From contig PLXZ01000004.1 in the NCBI GenBank assembly GCA_003151615.1, positions 239,441-303,440 on the forward strand: DNA of 64,000 nucleotides, read 5' to 3'. Each line of letters starts with the position of its first letter. Position 1 is the first letter of the stretch. Shown here one piece after another: positions 49,081-59,109 of this stretch. The notes beneath the pieces are model-generated. The model had not been told where the DNA came from, made no database searches, and saw nothing but the letters and a program-made list of their open reading frames with translations. The position numbers were made by a program, and so were the translations under genes. The stretch is from Candidatus Tayloriibacteriota bacterium. GTDB taxonomy: Bacteria > Patescibacteriota > Minisyncoccia > Phycocordibacterales > PALSA-1337.

Positions 49081-49431
49081 TTATACGAATTCAATCACGG
49101 CCATAGGCGCCGCGTCAAGTTTTCGTGCCGGCAATTTGACGATGCGCAGATATCCGCCGTTTCGTTTCGCGTATTTCGGAGCGATTTTTTCGACCAGGAT
49201 TTTAGCTTCGCGTTCGCCGCCGATGCGGGTAATGATGAGGCGTCGGCTCGCGAGAGTTCCGGTTTTTGCCTTTGTAACGAGCTTTTCAACGAATGGTCGA
49301 AGTTCTTTTGCCTTCGCAGTTGTCGTCGTGATGTTCTCGTGGAGTACAAGTGAACGCGCCAAAGAACGCACCAGAGCGTCGCGCTGGTTCATCTCTCTTC
49401 CGAATTTTCTTTTTTTGCTGTGGTGGTTCAT
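49081..49431 (-). CDS. rplQ: 50S ribosomal protein L17
   Basis: L17 sequence; follows rpoA. Confidence 0.9.
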   Translation of the reverse strand: MNHHSKKRKFGREMNQRDALVRSLARSLVLHENITTTTAKAKELRPFVEKLVTKAKTGTLASRRLIITRIGGEREAKILVEKIAPKYAKRNGGYLRIVKLPARKLDAAPMAVIEFV

Positions 49432-49454
49432 GGTTTTAAATAATTTCTAAGCGT

Positions 49455-50456
49455 CTATTTCAACGTTATGCCGTATCCGGAAAGGACTTTCTTGATTTCC
49501 TGAATGCCCTTCGATCCGAGTCCGTCGACGTCGAGGATATCAACTTCTTTCTTTCGCGCCAATCCGCCGACTGTGCGGATATTCGCGCTGGTCAATGCTT
49601 TCGCTGTGCGAGGAGAAAGACCGATTGAGTCAATGCGTGTCTTCAAAAATTCGACGTCGAGTTCCTTTTTAGGAGCCTTACCGCCTTCAGCAGATTCAGA
49701 ACCTTCAGCCGTTGCTTTCATTTTCTTCGGCTCTTCGACAGGCTCTTCTTCTTTCCAGCCGACAATTGCCTTTAACTGCGTGATCATGATGCCGACAGAA
49801 TCCTCCAATGCTTTTGCGGGAGTAAGAGTTCCGTCAGTTTCAATTGTGATGCGGAGACGGTTGAAGTCCGTTCGGTCGCCGACGCGCATGTTCTCTACTT
49901 CGTAATTGACGCGATAGATTGGAGTGAACGTCGCATCGAGGCTGATTGAGCCGATTTCAACGCGTTCCTTTTCGAGGATTTCCTTTGAAACGTAGCCAAG
50001 GCCCTTTCCGACCGTCATTTCAATGTCGAGTTCGGTATTTTTGTCGGTGATGTCGGCAATATGAAGGTCGGAGTTGAGGATTTCAACCTGTCCAGGGACT
50101 TCAATGTCCTTTGCGGTTACCTTTTTAACGCCCTTTATTTTAATGGTCAAAGTTTGCGCCTCTTCCGTGATCATCTTGACGCGGAGTTTTTTCAGGTTCA
50201 AAAGAATCGTAATGACATCCTCTTTGACGCCTGCGAGAGAAGAAAATTCGTGTTCAACGCCCTTGATTTTTACCTTCGTGACGGCTGCACCCGGGATTGA
50301 TGAAAGAATAATGCGGCGGAGCGAGTTTCCGAGAGTGTGTCCGTATCCGGGATAAAGTCCGTCAATTTCATAAATGCCGCTGTTACCCTCCTCGCGGACG
50401 ATCTTTGGCTTTGACGGGAGCAAAATATTATTTGGCTGTGTCATATTTGTGGACAT
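49455..50456 (-). CDS. rpoA: DNA-directed RNA polymerase subunit alpha
   Basis: alpha NTD and CTD. Confidence 0.9.
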   Translation of the reverse strand: MSTNMTQPNNILLPSKPKIVREEGNSGIYEIDGLYPGYGHTLGNSLRRIILSSIPGAAVTKVKIKGVEHEFSSLAGVKEDVITILLNLKKLRVKMITEEAQTLTIKIKGVKKVTAKDIEVPGQVEILNSDLHIADITDKNTELDIEMTVGKGLGYVSKEILEKERVEIGSISLDATFTPIYRVNYEVENMRVGDRTDFNRLRITIETDGTLTPAKALEDSVGIMITQLKAIVGWKEEEPVEEPKKMKATAEGSESAEGGKAPKKELDVEFLKTRIDSIGLSPRTAKALTSANIRTVGGLARKKEVDILDVDGLGSKGIQEIKKVLSGYGITLK

Positions 50457-50480
50457 ATATTTTTATATTAAAATTAATAA

Positions 50481-51101
50481 TTATCTGCTGTAAAATTCCA
50501 GTACCGCGCCGACGTTAAACAGAAGCTCCGACTGCATCGCGACGGGAATGCCATCAACGGTGACTTGCTTCTTTTCGGTGTCGAGTTTCAGCCATGCGGG
50601 AGCCTTCACGGTTTTCAGTCGTTCGTCGAGCGTCGTGAAGAGTGCCTTCTTTTTGCTGCCTTCGCGTATGGAAACGACGTCGCCGATCGAGACCTGGTAT
50701 GAAGGAATGGTGACGATGGTTCCGTTTACGAGAAGATGTCCGTGGGAAACCATCTGGCGGGCTGCCTGGCGAGTTGTTGCGTAGCCTGCGCGAAGAGCCA
50801 CATTGTCGAGACGGCCTTCGAGAAGTCGGACGAGCATTTCAGCCGAGCTGCCCTTTTCATGCATCGCTTTTTTCACGTAATTTGTAAACTGGCGACCCGG
50901 TACGCCGTAGCTCATGCGGGCTTTCTGTTTTTCGAGCATGCCCAAACCGTATTCGGATTTTGCGCGCGGCTTTGAACCGGATCGGCCGGGAGCCTTTCCT
51001 GCGACATTTCCCGAGCGGATAGCGTATTTCTGAGTTTGAGTTTTCTCAAATACCGGTACTCCGAGTCGGCGGGCTATTTTGTATCGTGGTCCAATAATCA
51101 T
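50481..51101 (-). CDS. rpsD: 30S ribosomal protein S4
   Basis: S4 N-terminal and S4 RNA-binding domain. Confidence 0.9.
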   Translation of the reverse strand: MIIGPRYKIARRLGVPVFEKTQTQKYAIRSGNVAGKAPGRSGSKPRAKSEYGLGMLEKQKARMSYGVPGRQFTNYVKKAMHEKGSSAEMLVRLLEGRLDNVALRAGYATTRQAARQMVSHGHLLVNGTIVTIPSYQVSIGDVVSIREGSKKKALFTTLDERLKTVKAPAWLKLDTEKKQVTVDGIPVAMQSELLFNVGAVLEFYSR

Positions 51102-51129
51102 ATGTTTATATTAAAAATTATTTGTGATG

Positions 51130-51618
51130 TTATACTCGGCGCGGCTTCTTCGGCTTCGGACCGTTGTGCGGAACCGGAGTCACGTCCTTTATTGATGAAA
51201 TGAAAACGCCTTTTGAAACGAAGCCTCGGACAGAAGATTCTCGTCCTGAACCCGTGCCCTTGATGACGACGGCTACTTCCTTGAGTCCGATTGCCTGAGC
51301 CTTTACCGCAAGAGTTTCGCCCACCTTTGCGGCTGCGAAAGGAGTTCCCTTTTTTGCGCCCTTGAAACCGAGAGCTCCGGCTGATGAAGCGAAGATTGCA
51401 TTGCCCTTCGGATCCGTCAAAAGCAATTTTGTGTTGTTGTAGGTTGACTGCACGTACAAAATGCCGCTGTCGAGGCGCTTTTTTGAGCCTGAAGAAGCGG
51501 GTGCGGATGAAGCCGAAGCTGAAGCTGGTTTGGCAACATCGGCAGATTTACCAGCCGCTTTTGGAGCCGCTCCCTTCTTTGCTTCCTCTTCAGTTTTTAC
51601 GATTGTTCGTTTTCCCAT
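51130..51618 (-). CDS. rpsK: 30S ribosomal protein S11 with ~40-aa K/A/S-rich N-terminal extension
   Basis: S11 core from ...KKRLDSGILYVQSTYNNT. Confidence 0.85.
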   Translation of the reverse strand: MGKRTIVKTEEEAKKGAAPKAAGKSADVAKPASASASSAPASSGSKKRLDSGILYVQSTYNNTKLLLTDPKGNAIFASSAGALGFKGAKKGTPFAAAKVGETLAVKAQAIGLKEVAVVIKGTGSGRESSVRGFVSKGVFISSIKDVTPVPHNGPKPKKPRRV

Positions 51619-51650
51619 TTTGTTAGTGTTTGATGTTTATTCGGCAGTTC

Positions 51651-52031
51651 CTATGTCTTTTCTTCCTTCTTTCGTCCCGAGCCCATGGTCTTTCGGACGT
51701 TTCCTCGGAGTGTTCGCGAATTTGTTTTTGTGCGCTGGCCTCGAGTCGGCAATCGGTGGACATGGCGCGAGCCGCGATATGTTTTGATGTCCTTCAGTCG
51801 TTTGATGTTTGAAGCGACTTCTCGTTTCAGGTCACCTTCGATTTTAAACGATTCGATGATTTTGCGGATTTCGTTCTCCTGTTCAACCGTCAGTTCCTTC
51901 GCTTTTTTGCTCGCTTCAATTTTTGCCTTCTTCAAAATGAAGAGCGCGCGCGATCGTCCAACGCCGTAGAGAGTCGTGAGGGAGATCTCAAGTCTTTTTT
52001 CGTCTGGGATTGTGATACCGAGGATACGCAT
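51651..52031 (-). CDS. rpsM: 30S ribosomal protein S13
   Basis: MRILGITIPDEKR... Confidence 0.9.
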   Translation of the reverse strand: MRILGITIPDEKRLEISLTTLYGVGRSRALFILKKAKIEASKKAKELTVEQENEIRKIIESFKIEGDLKREVASNIKRLKDIKTYRGSRHVHRLPTRGQRTKTNSRTLRGNVRKTMGSGRKKEEKT

Positions 52032-52065
52032 TTTTTTTAGTATTTAAATTATTATTTTACGAAAA

Positions 52066-52182
52066 TTAACCTTGCCGCTGCTTGTGGCGTGGGTTCGCCG
52101 TGCAGATCACATATACATAGCCCTTGCGACGGACAGTTTTGCATTTTGGACAGATTTTTTTGACTGATGCTTTTACTTTCAT
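52066..52182 (-). CDS. rpmJ: 50S ribosomal protein L36 (38 aa; below ORF-track size cutoff)
   Basis: hand translation [38 protein letters not shown]. Confidence 0.85.
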   Translation of the reverse strand: MKVKASVKKICPKCKTVRRKGYVYVICTANPRHKQRQG

Positions 52183-52220
52183 TTTTGTATGTATGTTTTT
52201 GTATGCCGCTTTTCCTACTT

Positions 52221-52472
52221 CTACAATCGTTTCGTGATTCGCGCCCGTCCTCCGTACGGATCCAGCTGAAGCTCCACCTTGTCGCCGATCAGAATGCGGA
52301 TATGATGCATTCTCATTCGGCCCGCAAGATACGCCAGTGTCGTTTCGTCGCCGACAGTGCCATCCACCTTCACGCGAAAAAGCGTGTCGGGCAGTGCTTC
52401 TGTTACGATGCCAAAAGCGTGGTTCTTCGCCTGGTTCTCTGCTTTGCTATTTGGGGCTTTTTGAATATCCAT
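52221..52472 (-). CDS. infA: translation initiation factor IF-1
   Basis: S1-like OB fold sequence FRVKVDG... Confidence 0.9.
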   Translation of the reverse strand: MDIQKAPNSKAENQAKNHAFGIVTEALPDTLFRVKVDGTVGDETTLAYLAGRMRMHHIRILIGDKVELQLDPYGGRARITKRL

Positions 52473-52613
52473 TTAAAAAAACGTGTCTAGCTATCATATC
52501 AAAAATGGTGGGCAAATGTCAATACCCGGCGGTTTAACATGCGCTTCCTGAGCTATTGTGCTCGAATAACCAATTTTACTTAACCCTTTTTCTCGGGATA
52601 TGCCATATATAAT

Positions 52614-53921
52614 CTAATTTTTAGCTATAACTATATTAATCCGTGAAGGCGAGCTCGGAAACGAGCGTTTCCAGAACGGTAGTATTGTAGCATGAGCAGT
52701 GGCAATTGTGCTATACCCCTTGAATACGGCCACGCTTTGAGCCAATGAAACGCCCGCCAATTGGATTGTCAGTGTCGTCGTGGAGATTATGCCGACCAGA
52801 TTCATGGTGCCTTTGAGGCTGAAATTCAAAGGTTGGCCATTTGTCACGGAAAACGACTGAGGGTTGTTGATCGTGAACTGTGCCGATTCAAGACCCTGGG
52901 GATCGAATGAACTGTTGTATTGCGTCGGTGCGATTGTCTGCGCGAGATTAGTTTTCTTGAATATGATTCCGGAGAAAGAAGCCTGCACGCCGACGTTTGC
53001 GGTTGTCGATGAAGTAGTTGAAGCGGAAATTAGATTGTAATTTATTGCATATGCGTTATTGAACATGACGTATCCCGTCGGCACGAGCGTTTGGGTCTGT
53101 GTGAGAAGAGTTTTTTGCAAGGATTGCTCCATTGTTTGGTCTGCCGATGAAACCGTCGTGCTTGAGGTAATAATCTGGTGCCCCGATGAACCGCCAATTA
53201 TTCCCGCGCCGTTTGGATTGAGACGGGCGTAGAATCCGCTATATTTTGGACTACCTTTATATGCCACAATGCTGAAATCGCCGTAGGAAGGATTTGTGAC
53301 AAGATCCGAAGGATTAATATTGTATGAAGACCCGCCCGCCGCCGCCGTTACGGCGACTGCAACACTGCCGGCTGTTCCCCCGACAATGCCCGGAATGACG
53401 ACGGAATTATTTGTTGTGTAAATGAGACCGTTGCCGCTCGAAAGTCTCGTTCCCGCGACTATTTTTTGCGAAGCCGCACTGTAATTATTGTAAAGAATCA
53501 CGGTTCCCTTTGCGAAAGTCGTCACGACCGGACCGACGGAAGCCGGAACGCTTTGATTGAGCTGGCTGCTTGTTTGAATTATTTTATAGGCCATGGTGCC
53601 CGAAGCGGATGCGTTTGCGTAAGCCGTGTATGAGCCGCTCACCGGAATATCAATACTCGCCGGCATGATGACGACGGTTGCTTTTGCGTATACGATTGAA
53701 AATGCATAAGCGATTGCTCCGAGACAAATGACGGCGATAAGTCCAAAAAGCCATGGCTTTACGGTGCGCTTTCCCACTGTTCCGCGGGATCTATTTGACT
53801 GCGGAAATGTTTCAATTTTTTCCGCCGGTTTTTCGATTCGCCTGCTTCTCTCCATGGGAATGGCATTGCGCAAGGGCGGCTTTTTTTTGGCGGGAATCAT
53901 GTCCTGGATAATTTTGTTCAT
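52614..53921 (-). CDS. membrane-anchored S/T/N-rich protein (cytoplasmic N-tail, one TM, large extracytoplasmic low-complexity domain)
   Basis: topology from sequence; no family. Confidence 0.4.
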   Translation of the reverse strand: MNKIIQDMIPAKKKPPLRNAIPMERSRRIEKPAEKIETFPQSNRSRGTVGKRTVKPWLFGLIAVICLGAIAYAFSIVYAKATVVIMPASIDIPVSGSYTAYANASASGTMAYKIIQTSSQLNQSVPASVGPVVTTFAKGTVILYNNYSAASQKIVAGTRLSSGNGLIYTTNNSVVIPGIVGGTAGSVAVAVTAAAGGSSYNINPSDLVTNPSYGDFSIVAYKGSPKYSGFYARLNPNGAGIIGGSSGHQIITSSTTVSSADQTMEQSLQKTLLTQTQTLVPTGYVMFNNAYAINYNLISASTTSSTTANVGVQASFSGIIFKKTNLAQTIAPTQYNSSFDPQGLESAQFTINNPQSFSVTNGQPLNFSLKGTMNLVGIISTTTLTIQLAGVSLAQSVAVFKGYSTIATAHATILPFWKRSFPSSPSRINIVIAKN

Positions 53922-53961
53922 GTGTCTTTAAAAATTAAGTATACCCTACTTTATCGCAGCT

Positions 53962-55239
53962 TCATCCCAGGTTTTGTTGGAGGGCGAAAACGTACAGGCT
54001 CATGAGCGAATCCTCTTGTTCCTTGTCTTCATGCGAGACTTTTGAATCCAGTGCGCTTTTTTCAATCGGAGAGACGGTCACGTGTTCCCCTGAAATTTCG
54101 GCCAATGCCCGTTCGAAATGCGAATAGTGTCCGTTCGCCAAAAGATATATCCGGTGCGGCATGGAATTCATTTGGCCAAGCGCGGCGAGAGTGTCCGTCA
54201 GCTGTTCCGCCCATGTATTGGTGCTTGAATCGGCGATTGCCGCCACGCGGCTGTTTTCGGCGGGATGAAGGGCGTTTTGCGACTGAAGATTCAGCGACGA
54301 GTAGGTCAATTTCCGGGAAAGCAATGCCGTGCCGGCCGGAAACGAAGCCATGGCCGCGCACAGGCCGTCTTTGACCACGATAATGTCGGAAATTTCCCTG
54401 TGCACATGAATTGCAATATAGTCGCTTCCCCCCGCAACAATGGTACGCAATGCAGAATATTGCAGAAGAAGCGAAGAATGGCATTCGATGTTGCGTTCGG
54501 ACATGCGGATCGATTTTTCGAGGGTTTTTTCGATGTGGCTGAGGATGCTTTTTGAGCTGATCGAAACGGCGAAAGAAACTTCGAGTTCGCGGGCTTTCTT
54601 GCCTTCAAAACGGACAGTCGGATAGCCGTTGAGCTTCACTTCAAAAATTTTCTGCTCGATGAACGCGAGGTCGAATTCAAGCGAGCTGTCGTGCTCGGCC
54701 AGAAATTTTTGTTCAAGATCGCGGCGTTCCCCGTCCAGTATCGCATTGACGGCGGTTTTGGTTATTTCCGTTTCCTTTTCGTACGAAACTTTTACGGTCT
54801 TTGTTTTTGAAATGATCCACGGCGAAGAAAAGACGACATGGATCTTTGATATCGGAATATTTAGCGAATTGGCCGAGGCGATTTTCAATCCCCCGGTTAC
54901 CGTTTTTTCGGAAACGACGGATACGGCGTCGAGCATTGCGGACAGGAGTCTTACCCCGCCTTTTGTTTCATCGCCGTTTCCGCGCGGCATTATTTCAGCC
55001 GAAGCTCTGTGGAATATGTGCGGGGCGACGGCAGCGGAAGAACCGCCTGAAAACAAAACAAGTGACCCGCGGACGAGGCCGCTTTCGACGTCTATGACAA
55101 GGGAGAGTTCCCGCTCCTTTCCGTGTTTTTTCGAAGAACGGGAAGGAGATTTTGTAAGAAACGAAAAAGACATGGCCGAATTATAACACGACTCGGCAAA
55201 ATTGGGCCATCGCGTTCCTGTAACGCCGCGACGGTTCAT
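53962..55239 (-). CDS. actin-fold (ASKHA) ATPase-like protein, PilM/FtsA-like
   Basis: two phosphate-loop-like hairpins (LSLVIDVESGL..., IAIHVHREISDIIVVKDG) ~230 aa apart, as in FtsA/PilM. Confidence 0.35.
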   Translation of the reverse strand: MNRRGVTGTRWPNFAESCYNSAMSFSFLTKSPSRSSKKHGKERELSLVIDVESGLVRGSLVLFSGGSSAAVAPHIFHRASAEIMPRGNGDETKGGVRLLSAMLDAVSVVSEKTVTGGLKIASANSLNIPISKIHVVFSSPWIISKTKTVKVSYEKETEITKTAVNAILDGERRDLEQKFLAEHDSSLEFDLAFIEQKIFEVKLNGYPTVRFEGKKARELEVSFAVSISSKSILSHIEKTLEKSIRMSERNIECHSSLLLQYSALRTIVAGGSDYIAIHVHREISDIIVVKDGLCAAMASFPAGTALLSRKLTYSSLNLQSQNALHPAENSRVAAIADSSTNTWAEQLTDTLAALGQMNSMPHRIYLLANGHYSHFERALAEISGEHVTVSPIEKSALDSKVSHEDKEQEDSLMSLYVFALQQNLG

Positions 55240-55285
55240 TCGTCTGAACTATTGCAGATCCTATTAATAGTTAATTAAAAAATCT

Positions 55286-55438
55286 ATGTTAATGACACTC
55301 GCAGTTATACTTTTGATACTTTGGTTTTTGGGCATTATCGGAGTCTATACCATCGGATGGTTTATCCACATTCTTCTTGTCGTCGCCATTGTTCTGTTCC
55401 TTGTCCGCATCATTCAGGGCAGAAACCCGATTGCTTAA
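55286..55438 (+). CDS. 50-aa hydrophobic two-helix membrane protein (lmo0937-family-like)
   Basis: hand translation MLMTLAVILLILWFLGIIGVYTIGWFIHILLVVAIVLFLVRIIQGRNPIA. Confidence 0.45.
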   Translation: MLMTLAVILLILWFLGIIGVYTIGWFIHILLVVAIVLFLVRIIQGRNPIA

Positions 55439-55470
55439 TTGGTTTTGAGGCAGGCTTAAATTAGCTTTAA

Positions 55471-57243
55471 TTAAGCGAGAACGGCTTTAATCCGGCGTAC
55501 GCCCTGCGAGACGGCTTCTTCCTTTTGGATTTTGAATTTCCACTTCCCTTCGGGGCCGGCAAGTTCGGCTGTGTTTTTCACGTGCGGACCGCCGCAGAAT
55601 TCTTTTGAGTAAGCGTGTTCAAGGTCCGGACCGACGAAATAAATCGAAATTTGGTCGCCGTATTTTTCGTGGAAGAAATGCCGTGCACCTGTTTTTTCAG
55701 CTTCAGCTTTCGACATGGTGACATTATTCACCGGCAATTTCGCGGAGATTTTTTCATTGACGATATCTTCGACTTTCTTTTTTTGTTCGTCGGTCATTTT
55801 CGACCCGTATGAAAAATCAAAACGGAGACGTTCCGGCGTTATGTTCGAACCTTTCTGTCCTACCGAGTCTCCCAAAACGTCATGCAAAGCCTGATGAAGC
55901 AGGTGCGTAGCCGTATGATACCGGACCGACATTTCGCTCGTATCCGCGAGCCCACCCTTGAATTTCTGCTCTGCGCCTGCGCGGGAGAGCTCCTGGTGTT
56001 TTTTCATTTCTTCCTGAAAGCTTTCTTCGCCGACAACGATTCCCTTTTCTTTTGCCAGTTCAACGGTCATTTCAAATGGAAAACCGAAGCTTGAAAAAAG
56101 ACCAAAGGCATCAATTCCCGAAATCGAACCTGTTTTTGCCATGCGTTCAAATTCTTTCATGCCTTGAACCAAAGCGTCCGCGAACTTGTCCGATTCTTCC
56201 TGCAGGACTTTTTTTATCAAATCAGATTTAATGGCGAGATCCGCATATCCATCTTTATAAATACCGACAACCGTGTCAACAATTTTTGAAATGCGCGGAG
56301 CATCGAGTTTTTTATCCGTCATATTCATGATGGCGCGCCGGATGAGGCGCCGCAAAATGTATCCGCGATCGGTATTTGAAGGAATAACTCCGTCCGCGAT
56401 CATGAAAACGCTCGTGCGCAAATGGTCCGCGATTATGCGCTTGTTTTTATCCTGTGCATTGGGATTTTTCATCAGACTCATTATTGGTTCGAGCACGTCC
56501 GTCTCGAAAACACTTTTTTTATTCTGCACTGTCGCGAGAAGTCGTTCGAGACCCATGCCAGTATCGATGCCAAGAGTCGGAAGTTTTGTCAGTTGTGCTT
56601 TGCCTTTGTCCAATGCCTCACGCGTACCATCGCAGAGATATTCATTGAAGACGATATTCCATATTTCGACGTCTTTGTCGTCGGCATTTTTGCAGTAAAT
56701 TTCTGTTGTCGGCCCGCATGGTCCGGAACTGCCGGTTGGTCCCCAGAAAACGTCGGATCCGTCTTCGCGAATGTCGCTGACGCCGAGTTTATGCCAGATT
56801 TCGCGCGATTTTTCATCCCGCGGAACGTTGTCGCTGCCCTTGAAAAAAGTGACGTATGAAATTGTCAGGCTGAGTTCTTTCGCGATAAAATCATGCGCAT
56901 ACGTTATCGCTTCTTCCCTGCCATACCCGCCAAAGGAAAAATTCCCGAGCATTTCGAAAAAAGTCAGGTGCGTCGCGTCGCCAACCTCGTCAATATCCGA
57001 GGTGCGCACGCATTTCTGGACGGAAACCGTGTTCATCGAGCCGAAATCTTTTTTGGCATTTTTTTCAGCGGTGTAGTATGGCTTGAATTGCTGCATTCCC
57101 GCAGTCGTAAAAAGCACGGACGGGTCGCTTTCCGGCACGAGCGAAGATGAAGGAATGACCGCATGCCCGCGCTTCTCGAAAAAAGCAAGGAAACGAGAGC
57201 GGATTTCGGCGGAGGTCAGGGTCGGAGAAGGTTTCGATTGCAT
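55471..57243 (-). CDS. alaS: alanine--tRNA ligase, short form lacking C-terminal C-Ala/DHHA1 region
   Basis: class II catalytic core + editing domain (HTATHLLH...CGGPHV); ends ~600 aa; start at MQSKPS. Confidence 0.85.
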   Translation of the reverse strand: MQSKPSPTLTSAEIRSRFLAFFEKRGHAVIPSSSLVPESDPSVLFTTAGMQQFKPYYTAEKNAKKDFGSMNTVSVQKCVRTSDIDEVGDATHLTFFEMLGNFSFGGYGREEAITYAHDFIAKELSLTISYVTFFKGSDNVPRDEKSREIWHKLGVSDIREDGSDVFWGPTGSSGPCGPTTEIYCKNADDKDVEIWNIVFNEYLCDGTREALDKGKAQLTKLPTLGIDTGMGLERLLATVQNKKSVFETDVLEPIMSLMKNPNAQDKNKRIIADHLRTSVFMIADGVIPSNTDRGYILRRLIRRAIMNMTDKKLDAPRISKIVDTVVGIYKDGYADLAIKSDLIKKVLQEESDKFADALVQGMKEFERMAKTGSISGIDAFGLFSSFGFPFEMTVELAKEKGIVVGEESFQEEMKKHQELSRAGAEQKFKGGLADTSEMSVRYHTATHLLHQALHDVLGDSVGQKGSNITPERLRFDFSYGSKMTDEQKKKVEDIVNEKISAKLPVNNVTMSKAEAEKTGARHFFHEKYGDQISIYFVGPDLEHAYSKEFCGGPHVKNTAELAGPEGKWKFKIQKEEAVSQGVRRIKAVLA

Positions 57244-57274
57244 GTTCGTCAGTCTAGCAAAAATAAGCCCAAAA

Positions 57275-59086
57275 TTAAAGTGTCGCGAGCCACGCCCGGT
57301 ATTTCGCGTCCATGTCCTCAAAACTTTTCCGGTTGTCCGTTATTTTCTTTTTGCCATGAACCATTGTTATCGTGCCTTTCAAATTAACCGGCTTTTTATA
57401 GAACGGCACTTTCTCGAGCCGGGCAATTCTAGATTTTGCGTCTGTTAACGCTCCACCAAGCGTTTTTGTCGCATTTCGTATGAATGCCTCGGGTCCGAGC
57501 TTTTTGCCCGTAGCCATTTTGACAAGTTTTTTGGCCGGATACATCGACGCGTACGACCACATTTTTGTGATTTCCCTGCCGACGTTCGGGTTGTCGACGA
57601 TATAGCCGTATTTTTTGAGGAAATATTCGCGCCATTGATGGACGCCGAGTTCGGCGAGACCGTAACCATGATAGTACGCGGATGATTCCCAGGAATAAAT
57701 ATGCGGCACGTTCAAAATCGATATTGATTCGCCTGTGCGGTCAAAATATTTTTGATAGACTTTGCGCGCGGTTTTCAGCACGAAATTTTTTGTCAGATTT
57801 TTGCATTCGTAAATTTCCTTTTCGAAAAAAACGACGTATATTATGCCCATAAGTTCAAGGGGATATAATGGGTGGAGCGCCCGCAGTTTCTTTTCAAAAT
57901 GACTGAAGGGATACGCCTCGCCCGCCGCATTTTTTGCATAACGCATGCACCATTCGATGCTGGACGCCATTGTATCCATGAACATGCTGTGCGTTTCCGC
58001 CCAAGAAATGGTAGAGGGCGGATATTCGCTGTTTATGCAGACGTCTTCCTGAAGGGAGTTAAGCCGGTCAGCCGCGTGTCCGCCTTCATGAAAAACCGTG
58101 TGGATTCCCTGCGCTCCGGAACCGATTTGACCTGGAATTGCATTCGATGAAAAATCGGCCGAACCCGGCAAACGCTTGCCCTTCTCGTATCGGACAAGAT
58201 CGGTATAATGGCAAAAGCCGTTGTTATGCTTGCCTTTGCGGTCGAGAAGGTCAAGTGTTACAGCACCGCCCTTGAAGTCGATTCCGAGCGCCGCAAAGGA
58301 ACGGCCCCAATATGAAATAGCATTCTCAAACTGAAAATACTGATCTTCTTCTTTGGTGAATTCACCCGTCATCATATAGCCAAAATTCCACGGCTTGCGA
58401 AGTCCGGGTTTTTCTTTTTCGATTTCGCGCACATTTTTAAACGCATATTTTGTCTTTTGATATATGGCTTCAAAAATTGGAAAGAGCTCTTTTTTGCTCA
58501 TATCTTCGTCAATTCGAAGTTTGTATTCGTAAAAATCGGAATAGCCGACCGCGCGGGCAAATTCATTGCGAAGACCGATGATTTTTATGTAGTCATCCAG
58601 GGTCGATAGCGGCAATTTCTCCATGGATTCAAAACATGCCTTACGAATCGCTTCGTCGGGATGGGTGCGCATGAGTGAGCGCATTTTATTTTCCGATGCT
58701 GGCACAAATTTTCCGGACTTCGGATCAAGGTAGCCTTCTTTTCGCGAACTTCTTTTTTGGGCGATTTTTGCTTCGAGGGCGGAGACTTTATCCTTGATGG
58801 CTGCGGCGTGTGCCGGAGCCTGATACAAGCTGAAGAAATGATCCCATAGACCGAGCCTTCTTTTTATTTCGCCTTTTGCCATACGCATATATTGTTCGGT
58901 CTCCGCTTTCAGTTTTGGATCCGCGCGAAAAGCGTCACGGGCGGCCTGCGCCTTGTTCATGGCTTTATCGACGCTGTGATCGCCCATATATGAAAGCCAA
59001 AAATTTTTCTCGTATGCCGTGTGAAGTTTCGAATATTCCTTGTTCAAATAGTCCAGGAATTCTTTGGCGGATTTTGCTTTTTGCAT
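57275..59086 (-). CDS. M3-family oligoendopeptidase (PepF-like)
   Basis: HEGGH zinc-binding motif; ~600 aa. Confidence 0.7.
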   Translation of the reverse strand: MQKAKSAKEFLDYLNKEYSKLHTAYEKNFWLSYMGDHSVDKAMNKAQAARDAFRADPKLKAETEQYMRMAKGEIKRRLGLWDHFFSLYQAPAHAAAIKDKVSALEAKIAQKRSSRKEGYLDPKSGKFVPASENKMRSLMRTHPDEAIRKACFESMEKLPLSTLDDYIKIIGLRNEFARAVGYSDFYEYKLRIDEDMSKKELFPIFEAIYQKTKYAFKNVREIEKEKPGLRKPWNFGYMMTGEFTKEEDQYFQFENAISYWGRSFAALGIDFKGGAVTLDLLDRKGKHNNGFCHYTDLVRYEKGKRLPGSADFSSNAIPGQIGSGAQGIHTVFHEGGHAADRLNSLQEDVCINSEYPPSTISWAETHSMFMDTMASSIEWCMRYAKNAAGEAYPFSHFEKKLRALHPLYPLELMGIIYVVFFEKEIYECKNLTKNFVLKTARKVYQKYFDRTGESISILNVPHIYSWESSAYYHGYGLAELGVHQWREYFLKKYGYIVDNPNVGREITKMWSYASMYPAKKLVKMATGKKLGPEAFIRNATKTLGGALTDAKSRIARLEKVPFYKKPVNLKGTITMVHGKKKITDNRKSFEDMDAKYRAWLATL

Positions 59087-59109
59087 ATGTTGATTATAGT
59101 TCTTATTCT

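Noticed and set aside
53962-53964. UGA recoding, since I initially saw only TAA/TAG stops
   Set aside because: This gene ends in TGA, and long ORFs are uninterrupted under the standard code; TGA is merely rare as a stop.
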